Source of the DNA: Isurus oxyrinchus
Taxonomy: Eukaryota
Direction of reading: 5' to 3'
Assembly: GCA_026770705.1 (NCBI GenBank)
Contig: JANJGN010000026.1
Location: 38,378,001 to 38,442,000 of the forward strand
Length of the DNA: 64,000 nt
Below are positions 47,595 through 60,815 of this stretch, piece after piece. Below the pieces are notes generated by a model. That model did not search any database and was not told the DNA's origin. It was given only the letters and a program-made list of their open reading frames with translations. The position numbers and the translations under genes are program-made. Numbering within the stretch: position 1 is the stretch's first letter; every line of letters begins with the position of its first letter.

Positions 47595-50249
47595 AAGCCC
47601 AGTTGCTTAAAAAATACAGTCACAATATTTCACGGTTTTGAACAAGCGAAATAAACGTTACCAGGTACAGGTAGCAAAGTAGAACAATTTGCATTACCAA
47701 TCTGATACGCTAACATTTAGAACTAACATGAAGTAAATATTAAATAGCGAGCAACTGTGATCGAACACATCACATTGCATATTAAAAGGCAGAAGCGACC
47801 AAGACAGACCCCACGGATTTCTCAGCGACCCACCTAGACGTCCGTGAGCACAGTGAGTCACAGTTTCTGCCTCCCTCACGAGGGGTTCCTCTCTTCAATT
47901 TCAAAGAACAAGCGTCTGAATTCCCTTGAAAATTGCTCTGACTTGGCTTGTCTCAGGGCTGTTCACCTCCCAGTGGTTTAACCTTGTATCCCGACATAAC
48001 ACATCAATCTCTAATCATTGGCACAATTTCAGCTCTTTAACGGACAGCTAGCTTCACTGCTGCCGCTGCCCAAGCATTTTACCGATCTCCAATCTCCCCA
48101 GCTGCACCAAGTTATCAGTGACTCTAACAGCTTCCACGGAGCCCTAACCCTGTCAGCAGCATGGAGACTGCCACCTTCTGCTTTTCTCTGGTCCACATGG
48201 CTTCTGAACCCTAAGTGCACGGACTTATCAAACGGGACCTGTGACTTCTCCTGAGCCCCATCTATACAGAGCGATCTAACAGCAAACTGTTTGCTGCCTG
48301 GTGCCTCTTCCTTGCTGCTAGGCCGACACAGTCACCTGGGGTTATTTTTCCCCACCACCTATACCCATGCCCAGGTCCCGTAGTCGTCTTTGTGAGTCAC
48401 CACCACCACTCAGGCGCCTTGGTGATGACTACAATGCTCCCAACTGCCGATCACTGGGCTGTTTATACGCAAACTGTGACATTCCAAGGTTGCGCTGAAA
48501 CCCTCAGGGAATTCTGTGCTTGTTCTCCTCCGCCTCTGCCCGGAAAATACCCCGGACCATGTCCTTAACTGGTGAAAAATAATAAAACCCCTTCATGGTG
48601 TTTCTCTTCCACCAGACTGTCTCAGTGCATAGACCTTTCTGTCACTTTACCCATAAATCGTCCGCTCAAGCTCCCACATTCTAGGTATATGAAACTCATA
48701 GTGCAGCGCCAACGGTCTGCAGCTGTCTAAACTGAAGGAATCCTGAGCGATTGAATGTGCTGACTTTCTGGATGAGACGCTGAACGACGGCCTCTGGCTA
48801 CGCTTTCAGGTGGATTGCAAAATATCTCACTGTCTCTATTCAAAAATTTAACAAAACAGCAAAACATTCTCCCCAGTGTGCTTGACCATTATTTATCCTT
48901 CATTTAACACCATTGAAGACGGTTTTGTGCTCATTTATCTCATTACTTTTTGTGGAATCTTGCTTTGCCCACCTTTTGCTGCCGCGTTTCCTGCATTACA
49001 ACAGGAACGTTTCTAATTGGCTGTAAAGCCCTTTGGGCGCCCTGAGGCCTGGAACGGAGCTATGGAAATACCTGATTCTTTTTTCTTTCATTCATTCTTT
49101 CTCAGCAACAACTCCACACCGCAGAGACTCGATCTCCACGTTTAGTCCTTACACTCAAAATAAAGTATTTGATAACATGAGAATTCATTTTTGAGTTTTG
49201 ATCCTGAATGTGCTACCCGAAAGGAAGCTGGATCCAGATTAAACAATAAATTCCAAATGTGAATTGGATAAATGCTGGAAAAGGCGGACATGGTGAAACG
49301 AACGGGAAAGTGTAACCAACTGCCCGTTATCTACTATTTCTAAAGGAAAATACAGCTAGAGTAATGGACACAATCCCTTCCTTTCAGTATGAATAACGTC
49401 ATCTGTTGGAAAGTAGAAACAAATTTGCAATTTACTCATCAACACAAACACGGCCGGCTTTCAGCTCCTTTTTAAAAAGCCGGCAGTTTTTTTTTGCACC
49501 GCACCCGTCCCTCCAAACATTGTAGTCCGAGGCCATCACCTAGTTCGCCGAGTGGAGGCGCATCTCCTGCTAAATGAATAGTTCTTTCGGAAACCCGGCA
49601 AAACGCAGTTGTCTTCACCCAATGCTTTGTGGGTGTAAACTGCGCTTTTCGCGACCTCAGGCCAACCGAAAAGTGCTTCACAGTGGCTCAGGGGGCGACA
49701 GGTTATCGGGGATTGGCGGGAATCTCAGGCCGAGGTTACAATAAAATCAGTCATGACCTTATTGAATGTTGCAACGAAATCGAGGAGCCGAGTGGCCTAT
49801 TCCTGCTTCTAGTGCGTATGTTAGCATGGTCCAGTGTAATATAAGCAGCGACAGGGAAGGTCTGGTGTGATAGAAAGAAAAACAGTTTCAAACGGAATAT
49901 GAATAAAGATAAAAGGTGTCATGACGTAATCACTGGGGTAGTATTTAATTTGATAAAAGGAGATGTGCTTTAATACGATAGAGGCAATGTGTAGTTGATT
50001 AATACTAGAGCCAGCAACTACTGTAATATGAACAAAGGCCCGGTGCACTGCATTGATAACTGAGGCCGGGACTTCCTTATGTAAATGGAACCGTGCTCAA
50101 GGACAATAGCAATGGAAGCATGATCGTGTGTAAATTAAGCAAAGGTATATCCGTCTGTAGTAATAAATGAGATAGCGTTTGGTTTAATATAATCAGCGGC
50201 ATGCATTAGTAAACATTAATAATGATGGGCTTCCCACAGACGTGCAATC

Positions 50250-50900
50250 TATGCCTTATATCCACAGGGTGGATGTGGAAAATATATTCCCCCTTATGAG
50301 GGAGACTAGAACTAGGGGACAGAGTTTAAAAAATAAGGGATCTCCAATTTAAGATGAGGAGAATTTTTGTCGCTCAGAAGTTCGAGAGTCTGGGTAGCCT
50401 CTTTCCCAGCGAGTGGTGGAGACAGGGTTATTGAATATTAGTAAAACTGTGTTAAATAGATATTGACTGACAAAAGAGTCAAAGATTATCAGGGGAATTA
50501 CTGATGGTAGTGCAATTGAATGTCAAACGGCCATGGTTAGATTCTCTCTTGTTGAAAATATTCATTACCTGGCACTTGTGTGGCTTGAATGTTATCTGCC
50601 CCTTCTCATCCCAAGCTTTAGATCTTGCTGCATTTGCACATGGGCTGCTTCAGTATCTGAGGAGTTGCGAATGGTTCTGAACATTGTGCAATTATCCGCA
50701 AAATGTCCCCACTTCTGGCCTTATGATGGAAGGAAGGTCACTGATGAAACAGCTGAAGGTGGTTGGGCCTAGGACACTACTCAGGAACTCTTGCAGTGAT
50801 GTCCTTGAACTGAGATGACTGATCTTCAACAACCACAACCATTTCAGTGACGGTGATTGGTGGAGAAATATTGTCCAGTTTCCCTTCTCTGCTTCAAAAT
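50250..50900. mobile_element. Adjacent CR1 (plus) and LINE RT (minus) fragments
   Basis: Similar to 3560-3800 and to 13780-14060 respectively. Confidence 0.65.
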
Positions 50901-52499
50901 AGTGGTCATGTGATCCACTCATCTGAAAGCCAGCCCCTCTGACGGTGCATATTTCCCTGAGGACTGAAGTGATGAGTCGTCATAGATCCTGGGGGAAAAG
51001 TCTCCTGAAGCTTCTTGTTCAGAGGCGATAGGGCGGGTAACTGAGCCTCGGCTGACAAGTAGTTTTGGCGGAAGGGCCTTTGTATTGTTATGCCTGTGCA
51101 CCTTTCTGCAAATGTATATAGCTTATATGCACACTTTCAAGGAAATGAATACAAATCTTTTATAGTGGTGATCAGGCTAATGACTAACCTACGGGGTGCT
51201 GTGATCTCTCGGCGACTCGATCACTGGCCCTCCTGAACGGGAAGTCAGTTTCCGTCAGGGTCTCCTCAGTAAATTCCCGGATTGTTGTTTCCGACAGATT
51301 ACACATGCCTCGTGAGCGGACAGAATCTGTGAACAGACTGGAGCCAGAATCTTGGTAATCCCAGGACTTGGGGACCCCTGAACAGCATAACCCAGGAAAA
51401 AGGATTGAAATAAAGAGAAGGAAATTTAAAGAAATAAACTTTACTGGCCTCCTGGAAGCAGGGAGCCATTACATTTTAACCGTGGAGTCAAATATCACAC
51501 GAGAAGAGAAATAGCCTCTTACAGACGGAGGATGTCAGTAAGCACTTCCCAACCGCACGAAGTACCTTTCCAGTGTAGCCACTGTTCTGATGTTAGTAAT
51601 ATTATTTACATAGTGGGCAGTGGGACTGTTTGATTCTCTGCCAGAAAGGGTTGTCACTCTGACTCTTATAGTGGAGTGAAGGGATTTGAGTGTCCAGGTA
51701 TTTTCCTGATACTTTGAAGTTGTGGCTAATAGTGACCAAAATATTCGGTCACGAACAGATGGACTGGTCTCTCCCTGCCTATCTCTCTCTCGCTGTCTCT
51801 TTGTCTCTTTCTCTCTTTCGCGCTCTATCTCTCTCTTTGTCCCACTCTCTCTCTCTCTGGCTCTCAATGCGATAAACTTTTACTTCGGACTATGCAGTGA
51901 CATTGGACCAAGAAATGTAATGATTTATAGGCCTCAACCAATAAGTATCTTCTGTAATTCACCTATCGATTTTTAACCTATATACACTATTGTTTACAGT
52001 AACGTCTCACAATGCCAAAATATTTCCAGTATTCCCAACTGTCACGTGTCAGAGACGTGAACTGATGGCTTGGTACGTTTTCTGCAAAGATAAGTCCCGG
52101 AGCGGCATCTAGTGGGATCCTGCTTGTAAAACAACGACTCTCAATTTATTCTCGAATATTGCTGCATGATATTGCTGCATCACTATTCTGCCACGTGATT
52201 ATGGTTTTTGTAGCTTTAGTTTTATTATTACTGGAAGTTCTATCTTTTCATTGTTTTGCTTATGCTACCGTTACTATTTAATATTAATTCCTAGACTATT
52301 TGACTCAGTTTTCTGACGTGCCTACGTCAGTAGGACAGTACCTGTTCATTTGCATAAATAGGTGGGCATCTTGTTCATAAATTCATAAATCCGCAACTGA
52401 TGAGATTGTGATTGTTCATTTCCGAAGAATGTAATGCTTGCGAACACCTTAATCATCAAATAACGATGTCAGTCAAATTTCAGGATGCCAGATACATAC

Positions 52500-52790
52500 G
52501 AGCATAAAAATACGCCGCCATCTAATAAGGTCATGTCTGATTTGACTGTAACCTCCACCTAACGCCGGTTACCTTCCACTCCCTTGTTTATCAAAAATCG
52601 ATCACCCTCTCCTTGAAAACATTCAAAGACCCTGTTTCCCCTGCCCTTTGAGAAAGGGGTTTCCAAAGAAATGCACTTTCTGAGAGAAAATTTTCTTCTC
52701 ATCTCTGCTTTAAATAGGAGACCCTTTATTTTTAAACTGTGACCCCTAGTTCTAGGTTTTCCCACAAGAGGAAAGATCCTTTCCATGCGT
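52500..52790 (-). mobile_element. CR1-type LINE 3' end
   Basis: IFPLVGKPRTRGHSLKIKG..FKAEMRRKF on the minus strand. Confidence 0.75.
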
Positions 52791-52945
52791 GATTTATTTT
52801 TATAGAGGTCGTTAATCTGCATGCTGTATTATTATGAAATAATAAAAAATTCAGTTACTCGGATGATGAACAGTTTTTTTTTGCAGAATCGCTCCCGCTT
52901 CTAAAGCCCATGTCCCGATTGTCTTCCCAGTCCCCATGTCGAATG

Positions 52946-53265
52946 AATTCTAGTGCAGTCTCCTCCCTTCTGTATCTCCACGTGTTTCACTGCACTGTTC
53001 TACACCGTAGCAACTGAGAACTGAACCGAGTGAACGGTAAGAGTGGTAGAGCCTTTCACATGGTCCACAGATACTTTAAATCTTTCTTCAACTCTTTCAT
53101 CACTGAATATGGAGAAGAGATGCTCTGGGGGCGCAAGTAGAGAATTGGCGGTGCAAGATTATAAGTTCATTTGCAGCGAAAGTAGAGTTATGGTGAAGCA
53201 AAATGATTGTCCTTGTGTTCGCGATAAACCAATATCAGAATTTGTTTCCCAGTGACAAGGAGTAG
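52946..53265 (-). pseudogene. TCR V pseudogene, cysteine-free family (copy 3)
   Basis: TPCHWET.., frameshift, ILLHHNSTFAANELIILHRQFS..TLTVHSVQFSVATV*NSAVK. Heptamer-like CACGTGG 52984-52978. Confidence 0.75.
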
Positions 53266-54047
53266 CTGCCAAAACAAGAATGAAATTAACATAATGATAT
53301 ATACAAGGTATACTAAATGTAGTGCTTGTGGAAAAAAGGTAGAATAAACTGATCAGTCCACCCATCCACCTATCCACCCTGGGTCCACCTGAGTTAACGG
53401 TTCTGTAAGAATAGCCCATAATTATCAGCTATAGGAACTCCACTTCTGAGAGATTTCATTACCTCTGTCGGCAAATCGATATTGCGAGTAAGTTCGGAAC
53501 TAGTTACGCAACAAATAGCTGCATGGGAATAACGTTGGACACGATGGTGTACTGGCATTATCTCTGCAATAGTGCTTTAAGAATCCGGGCTAACCCTTTG
53601 GGGGCTCAGGTTCGAGTCCTGCTATAGTAGAATTTAAATTCAATTTAGAAGTATAATGATGACCATAAAACGGTTGTTGTAAAAACCCATTTGGTTCACT
53701 GTTGTCCTTTAGGGAGGGAAATCTGTCGTCCTTACCTGGCCTGGCCTACATGTGGCTCCAGGCCCACAGCAATGTGGTTGATTCTAAAATGTCCACTGAA
53801 CAAGGGCAATTTGGGGGTGAGCAACAAATGCTGGCCTAGCCAGTGACGCCCACATCCGATGAACGAACAAACATTTCCCCCCCCCCCCCCCAAAACTGTC
53901 TCTCTGTGGATTTAGACAAGGACAAAAAGAGTAATAAAACTGCGGTAAATAGACCTGTCTGTTTTGCTTTTCAGGAACACAGGATGAAACCCTTCCGATC
54001 CACAAAAGCACATAAGAAAGCTTATCGAAGCTGTAAGTGCTCGCTGA

Positions 54048-54615
54048 GGTTTTTGCACAGGGTTCTAGCTGTGATCTAACGCTGTGCCTCATTGCACAGT
54101 AATACACCGCCCCGTCCTCCACACTCAGTTCGCTTATGTTGAGGTATCCGTTCTTTTGAGACATGTCAGCAGCCGCCACATACCGTCCTGAAATTTCATT
54201 TTTCTTCATTGCTAAGACATTGGTAATAATCCAACTTGGTGGCTGTGCCGTCTGCTGCCGATACCATTGAACGTGGTTTAGATTCCGATCTGTATATTCA
54301 CAGTCTAATTGCACCGAACCCCCTTCCGACACCGTTATTTCGACCGGGGACTGAGTTACTGGATCTGCGCATTGTCCTCCTGTGAGGTAGAAGAATGAAA
54401 TAGCAAGCGGTTAAACAGCGTTGATCTCAAATTGTTTGTAGCTGTTTGAGTTTGCAGAACCTCCTATCTACCTAGCTGTCTATACTATGGATATTTCTGA
54501 TCGTGAATTCTATTAAGTACTATCGCAATCTCTGTACACTAATCTACCGATCTGCCTTGATTAACTTAATCCAGTACTTACTGTCAAACAGCGCCGTCAG
54601 TTATATCAGCAACAT
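54048..54615 (-). pseudogene. TCR V with intact V exon and RSS but a stop in the leader
   Basis: Leader ATG TTG CTG ATA TAA (stop at 54603-54601). V exon 54379-54087 GQCADPVTQSP..VQLDCEY..VQWYRQ..DGAVYYCAMR is open. RSS CACAGCG, 23 bp, GCAAAAACC. Confidence 0.88.
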
Positions 54616-55749
54616 GTCAGACTGAATCTCTCTCAGCGAATGTGAATGGAATGAGCGAGAGATGGAAAAGGAGAGAGGGAACCCAGGCTTTGCCCAGCTC
54701 ATTGTTCCACCCGCACACTGCGGGGGGGGGGGGGGGGGAGGCGGGGGGGGGCAAGGCCCATTGTGACCACACTCAGGAAACCATCCCTATTGGTTTTGGC
54801 GTTTCCACCACGTGACTTAGTGACGCCCATGCTTGAATTTGGCACCCTCCGCTGGTGATTTCGGTTAAATCAGTGTTCGGATGCGGCCGTTGAATGGATT
54901 CAGGTTTATTGAAATGCATATCAAGAAACAAATGCTCCCCAGGAATCTGAATTGGAGCTGTTCAGACAGTCTTTGCGGCTGCTGATGTTTAGGTTGGGCG
55001 TAATGTTCAATCTGTAGAAATGATTGCTGGAGTTCTCCGTCCAAATCCTGAGCACTACGAAGTAGAAGGAATGTCAAGATTTTGGAGAAAGTGCGGACGC
55101 TTCACATCAGAATGGCACCAGACATGTGGACGTTTTTGCGAACAGACTAGGCAAACGTGGATTCTTATCCTCGCAACAAAGAATGTATAAGAGATATTCA
55201 TTTGATGTGCCAAAAATTGTCCTTTATTCAGAGTAGAACGCAGTTTCATCCATTGTCAGAAGATTCAATAACCAAATCACCTCGATTTCATAAAAAGATT
55301 AGAGGGAAAGATTTGTTTTATTTATTACATTGTATATGTTACCATCTTGAATACGATGCATAAAATGATGGAGAAAGAGGATTCAACCATAAATTGCAAT
55401 GCGGAATTGTCATAAGTCGGAAAAGGAAAACAACGTGGAAAATGCGGGCTCTGAAAGGCGTTTGGGATCGGTCTTTCAAATAGACACAAAAACGCAAAGT
55501 GGAGTCCTCATTCCATCCCCTAACTTACAATGCTTCTGCTCCCTTCCTGCCCCTCCCGCACTATTTATTCTCAGTCACTTGATGAGTAAACAGGTGCAGG
55601 ATGCTCACGGTCTCCTGGAGCTTCAACCGTCGCTATTTCCGCTCCAGCACTTCCGGCTGCAGCTGTTCATCGCCGCGCACTTTTATCAGTTTTCAATCTG
55701 CTGCATCCCCGGTCACAGCTTCCGTTTGTTCCTCTCCTCAGGCCCGAAT

Positions 55750-56002
55750 TTGTCAGAGACAGTTTGATCTTTAATTGATTTGACAGTTTGATCGTTAATC
55801 GATCTGAGAGACTTAAGTTGAAAAGTAAAGTGCTTCCTGGCGGTGATGTGACCCATTAATCATATGTCTAGAATTAGCACAAAAAGGCGGAAAAGAGTTT
55901 AATCTCTAATGGATCTGAGATAGTATAAGCTCTAATCTATCATGGGAGACAGTTTTCTCTCTAATTCATCTGAGAGACAGTTTGATCTTTAATTGATCTC
56001 TC
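55750..56002. repeat. Degenerate minisatellite of about 28 bp
   Basis: GAGACAGTTTGATCTTTAATTGATCT-like units. Confidence 0.65.
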
Positions 56003-57133
56003 TATAGACATATATCTCTCTGTGTATGTGTGGTTCTCCTTGTTCTCGTGTGCCCGTGCGTGCTTACGTTGATGCACTTTAGAGTACGTGTTTGATTTTA
56101 AATGTCTGCGTGTGCACCTGCATGTGCTTTTATGTATTTCTCTGTGTGCCTATCTCTGCGCGTGTCCGTTGTGTGGGTCTGAGCCGCCATACAATTTCCA
56201 ATGCCGTGTGAGAGGCTTCGCCTGGACACTGTAGGGCTCTACTGGGATATTTGATGAATAACTTACAACCCAAAAACAGTTGAATTAGGTCAGTAACTTC
56301 CATACTTTTATGCAAATTCTGGACGTGATTAATGGGCCACATTACCTCCAAGAATTACTTCACTTTTCAACTTAATAAAAAACAGGAGCGAATAGTCCCA
56401 CAGAGAGAAAAGATAGTAGACAAAGCTAGAGGAGAAAGAGGAAGAGAGAGGGAGAAAAAAGTGGTATTGTTGCGGGGGGGGGGGGGGGGGGGTTGGTTGG
56501 GGGGGGGGGGGGGACGGGATATGGGGTGGTGTTGGCGGGGTGCAGAATGTGCGGCATTCTGTGTGAAATCCCTCTTTATATCGGCTGTGAGTATTTTTCA
56601 TGGTCATCGAGAAGCTTTTTTAACAGGAGACTCGCACACTGGTCAGAGAACAACTTTAAATATTACCCATCATCGTTCCGCATCAAAGATTGACCCCCTT
56701 AAAGCAACTATATCGGTTTCAATGCAGTTTTCATTATTCTTTACTCCACAGCCTAGTCACTGAGTTTATGTTAGACTGAGGTTGCTAGATCTATGGGTAT
56801 GAAGAGACTTGGATTTAGTGTAGGAAGGTAGATGAGAGTTAGATAGGTAGATTAGAGATAGCTGGTGCTGCAGGGTCCAGAGACAGAATGCCCGACTCCA
56901 GCTCTTGCTTCATATGTTCTTATGCTCTCTCTCCTTATTTGGAGCTCTCTGACGTCACGGATTGAAGGAACTGTGAGCGGATTGGGTGAATTCAGGGACA
57001 AAGAGCTGTGAGATCAATCAGGAATAAACCAACCGGGTGCGGGGCCGGATATTACTCCATATCTTCTTAACTCTTCACTAAAACAATTCTGATTGGAATC
57101 ACTCTATTCAAATCCACCATCGGCTCTGCAAAC

Positions 57134-57660
57134 ATGTTGTCTGTTCATTCTTCACAGCTGCGATTCTCTTAACGGGTAAATTGCCAAGTTACGCCATTTT
57201 CATTTTGCAGGTTATACTAGCATAGTGATCTACCTTTTAACTCTGTTTTTCCTTTATTTGTAAAGGGCTCCGTTAACATGATAACCCTGATTGTAACAGT
57301 GATAATAAAAAGTTGAAGTTCTGTACTTTGAATTTTCTGCAGACTCGGTGTTACAGGAGCCGCTTGCAGGGGCACAGTTTGAAGGAGACTTGCTGACCAT
57401 TAATTTCAGCTATTCTATCACGATTGGTTTCTGCTTCTTGCAACTGTACCGTCAGGATGACGAGAAAGCCCCCACAATATTGACCTGTATCGATTCCGCT
57501 GGGCTTGTTTTCAATGCAGAGGGCGCGGGGGCTCGATTATCTGCATCTCTCGACACTTCCAGAAGTGAGGAGAATTTCACCATCCGCGACCTGAGGCTGC
57601 CTGACAGCGCGGTGTATTACTGCGGGCTGAGAGACACAGTGACAGGAACCACAGGGAGCC
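57134..57660 (+). pseudogene. Member of the Tyr/Phe23-Leu41 V family, leader frameshifted and nonamer lost
   Basis: Exon from 57343 DSVLQEP..LTINFSYSITIGFCFLQLYRQ..DSAVYYCGLR. CACAGTG at 57635-57641; no nonamer. Confidence 0.88.
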
Positions 57661-58678
57661 TTCCTCGTAGAGGAACACTGCAGAAACGTGACCCGTTCAA
57701 CGGAATGGCGGGTAGAGTGGGGAGGAACAAAGACTTTCAAAGCAGATAACCGGAATGTGCTGATTGAAAGTAAAGCCAAATAAGTAACAAGCCGATAGCA
57801 ACAGGTGCGGCATTTTGAATGTTTTCATTTACATCGAAAACATTCTGAACATAATGTAAAATGTGTTCAGAAAATTCATCCCATTTTGTAAATTAAAGAA
57901 TAAATGGCAGAAATGCTGATCAAAATAGTTGACCTTATGTTCCAGCCGTTACAAGGGGTACACAACACAAATGCGGCATCAGTTATATATCACTGAAGGG
58001 ACGCGCAGGAAAAAAGAACAAAGGCTTTGCATTTTCATAAAGCCTTACCTGGTGTGTTCAGATTTCCCAAAGCGCATCCAGTGCTCAAACTTTCTGACAC
58101 TGTAAAAAAAAGCTTTAATATTCAGTCGGTTACGTGGTCAACTGTTCCGGTGCCTAGAACACAGCAGCATGTCCTTGTGAATTATACAATCTATTAATCA
58201 CTGTTAATCAGCTTCTAATCATGTCTTGAAAATAACTTCTTTGTGCCTGTTTATATTATAGATTCTTAATATCAATTTCAAGCAACTAACATTGAGAGAT
58301 GTTTAATCAGCTCATTATATTTATACGGATTCTCCTCACCTAGTGGCCTTATGTCTCACTACTGGCTATTTCAACACAAAAGAAACATTTGTTCCTTTGC
58401 CATGAGTTGTTTCATGAACAGCAGTGCACTGATATAAATCGGTGCAGGCCACTTTCATGTGTTTATATTCTCAATGGATATGGCGAGCTCTCAGACATTC
58501 CCAAATAAGCAATAGGATTCTGCCCCTCACATTTAATACAGTAATCAGACTGAATCAATATTCAATGCGAATGATTTAGATGGTGATTATGTGGATTGTG
58601 CTTGAACAGAATGGATTGACGTGTCAGTGTCTGACCCACTGTTATAAACAGCTCTCAACAGACAGCAGCTGTGCTCCA

Positions 58679-58915
58679 GAAAGTGAGACTCTGTGCACAG
58701 TAATAGACCGCGGTGTCAGACAGCCACAACTCCTAGATCGTCAATCGATACGATTTGTCTGACTGCGGGACTGTATTAGAAAACCGACTCTGAGCGAAAT
58801 CCGCCTTAAATACTAAACCGCCACCCGTGAGCCTCCGGACTGCAAATTCGGGCTGTCTGCCTGGGTACTGCCGGTACCAGCATAAGGAATCAGCATCGTC
58901 GGTACAGGTGGAGTC
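58679..58915 (-). pseudogene. 5'-truncated TRDV-like pseudogene
   Basis: SLCWYRQYPGRQPEFAVRRLTGGGLVFKADFAQSRFSNTVPQSDKSYRLTI*ELWLSDTAVYYCAQSL; heptamer eroded. Confidence 0.85.
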
Positions 58916-58927
58916 TTGAAATGCATG

Positions 58928-59556
58928 TCCACCCTCTCATGCCCACATGTCCATCCTTGGCCTGCTGCAATGTTCCAGTGAAGCTCAACGCAAACTCGAG
59001 GAACAGCACCTCATCTTACGACTAGGCACTTTACAGCCTTCCGGACTGAATATTGAGTTCAACAATTTTAGATCATGAACACTCTTCTCCACCCCACCCC
59101 CTTTCGGACCCCCCTTTTTTCCAATAATTTATATAGATTTTTCTTTTCCCACTTATTTCCATTACTTTTGAATGCATTTCTATCCATTGTTTTATCTCTA
59201 TTTCGATGTCTTCCTCCCACCCCAAACCCACAAGGGCTATCTGTACCTTGCTCGTACTGCTTTCTACCCTTAATGTCACCTATTAGCACATTTCTTATCT
59301 AATATCACCACCGTCAACATCTCTGTGTCCTTCTGTCTATGACATCTTCTGGAAATCTCCACCTATCACTGGCCCTCTATCCTGCTCTACTTGTCTCCAC
59401 CACCATCCCCCTGCCCCCCATTAAGCAATCTTATATTTCACCTCTCTTTTACTTTTCCTTAGTTCTGTTGAAGAGTCATACGGACTCGAAACGTTAACTG
59501 TGTTCCTCTCTGCAGATGCTGTCAGACCTGCTGATTTTTTCTAGGTATTTTTATTG
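58928..59556 (+). mobile_element. Penelope-like element 3' fragment
   Basis: Similar to 43370-44020 (GIY-YIG C-terminus and 3' UTR). Confidence 0.85.
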
Positions 59557-59561
59557 TCCTA

Positions 59562-59843
59562 TTAGATGGGGTTTCGGTGTAGTTATATTGTGAATAAAAA
59601 ACCCTGGATATTGACTACAGGCAATGATAACGGCAGAAACCAACACACCCCCCAGGCTGGATAATCAGCAGAACAGCGATGCTGAAAGAAGGCAAAAATC
59701 TCAGGATAATATCTGACGGCTGCTGACAGGTCTACAAAGTCTGGTTACCTCAATAAAAGCGGTCTGAGTATGAAGGCCAGCGCGTTCTATTATGGCGCAG
59801 TGAAGCACAGGTCAGATACCAGCCAAGTCGCCGTATAAAATCC
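59562..59843 (+). pseudogene. 5'-truncated V pseudogene (54 kb family)
   Basis: Degenerate V*LYCE..RQKPTHPPGWIIS..GYLNKSGLS..FYYGAVK; RSS CACAGGT, 22 bp, ATAAAATCC. Confidence 0.75.
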
Positions 59844-60029
59844 TGAGCGACTACTCAACACTGTCAAGTGCTCTTTGGCGCTTTTACCGGTGGGGAATTT
59901 GATCCCAAGGAAGCCCACGGAGAAAGATTGGTAGGTTTATTTCTCAAATTGTTGTATTACTCTCTTGGTCCTTTCCTACGTCAACAGGGAGCCTGCATGG
60001 AAATATTGAGATCTAACTCAATGTTTCGA

Positions 60030-60317
60030 GCTACACTTCCTCAGTAAATATCTCGGATCTCACCAGGAACATTAATGTGTCAGCAGAGCTAGAGAAAGTT
60101 ATCAGGTATGCAGTAACTGCAGCCTAACATCATTATGTTTTCTTCCAGACCGTTAACCCAGAGAGATGCAGGGACTCTCACTCTCTGTCTCCCTCTTGCC
60201 TGTAACAAAGCACAGAATGCGCCAAAGTTTAGGACTAGACTTAAACATGAAATACCCAATGATTGTTTCAGCATTGGCCCACTGAACACATTTTCAGAAG
60301 GAACATGGGGAACACAT
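60030..60317 (-). pseudogene. 3'-truncated V fragment (DSVSQDP family)
   Basis: Leader beginning ATGTGTTCCCCATGTTCC, acceptor tttgttacag, CSY..PRYLLR. Paralog of 13255-13545. Confidence 0.7.
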
Positions 60318-60521
60318 TGTGTCTTATTTCCATTTTGACAGGAAATAAATTGAATGTTAAACGGATGTTGACCCTTCCGGTCTGATTTTATAGTTTGAAT
60401 TCTGATGAAGGCAGTATTCATTTATTAGGGGACTGAGGGCCCTTTTCCAGTGAGATTGTTATCCAACTCCCAGTTCTTTGATGAGGGCAGAGGCTACAAA
60501 TTGTCACCCTCTCCTTCAGAA

Positions 60522-60815
60522 GGCTTTTCTATGATCCTTATTGCGAGGTAACACCTTCTGTCTCAAACGAACAGAAACAGGTGGCACTGTCTGTCACTGA
60601 AGTGTTGCTAACATTTAGAACACTTCACTATGCTAAATTGGGCCAAGGCTTGATCCTTTTCCGATCGCTGGTACTTCTCACCAGGTGCTGCACTGTTCAG
60701 TCCAGATATTGTCTGTAACATTGTAGGATCCACCGTGCTACTGTGATTAAACACGTCAATGATACAATGTCCCCTTCTGCAACAACCGCTTACTGTCATG
60801 TTCCATCACTGCCAG
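60522..60815 (-). pseudogene. TCR V pseudogene (degenerate)
   Basis: AVVAEGDIVSLTCLITVARWILQCYRQYLD*TVQHLV..SVLNVSNTSVTDSATCFCSFE. Eroded RSS CAGAAGG, 23 bp, AGAAAAGCC. Confidence 0.75.
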
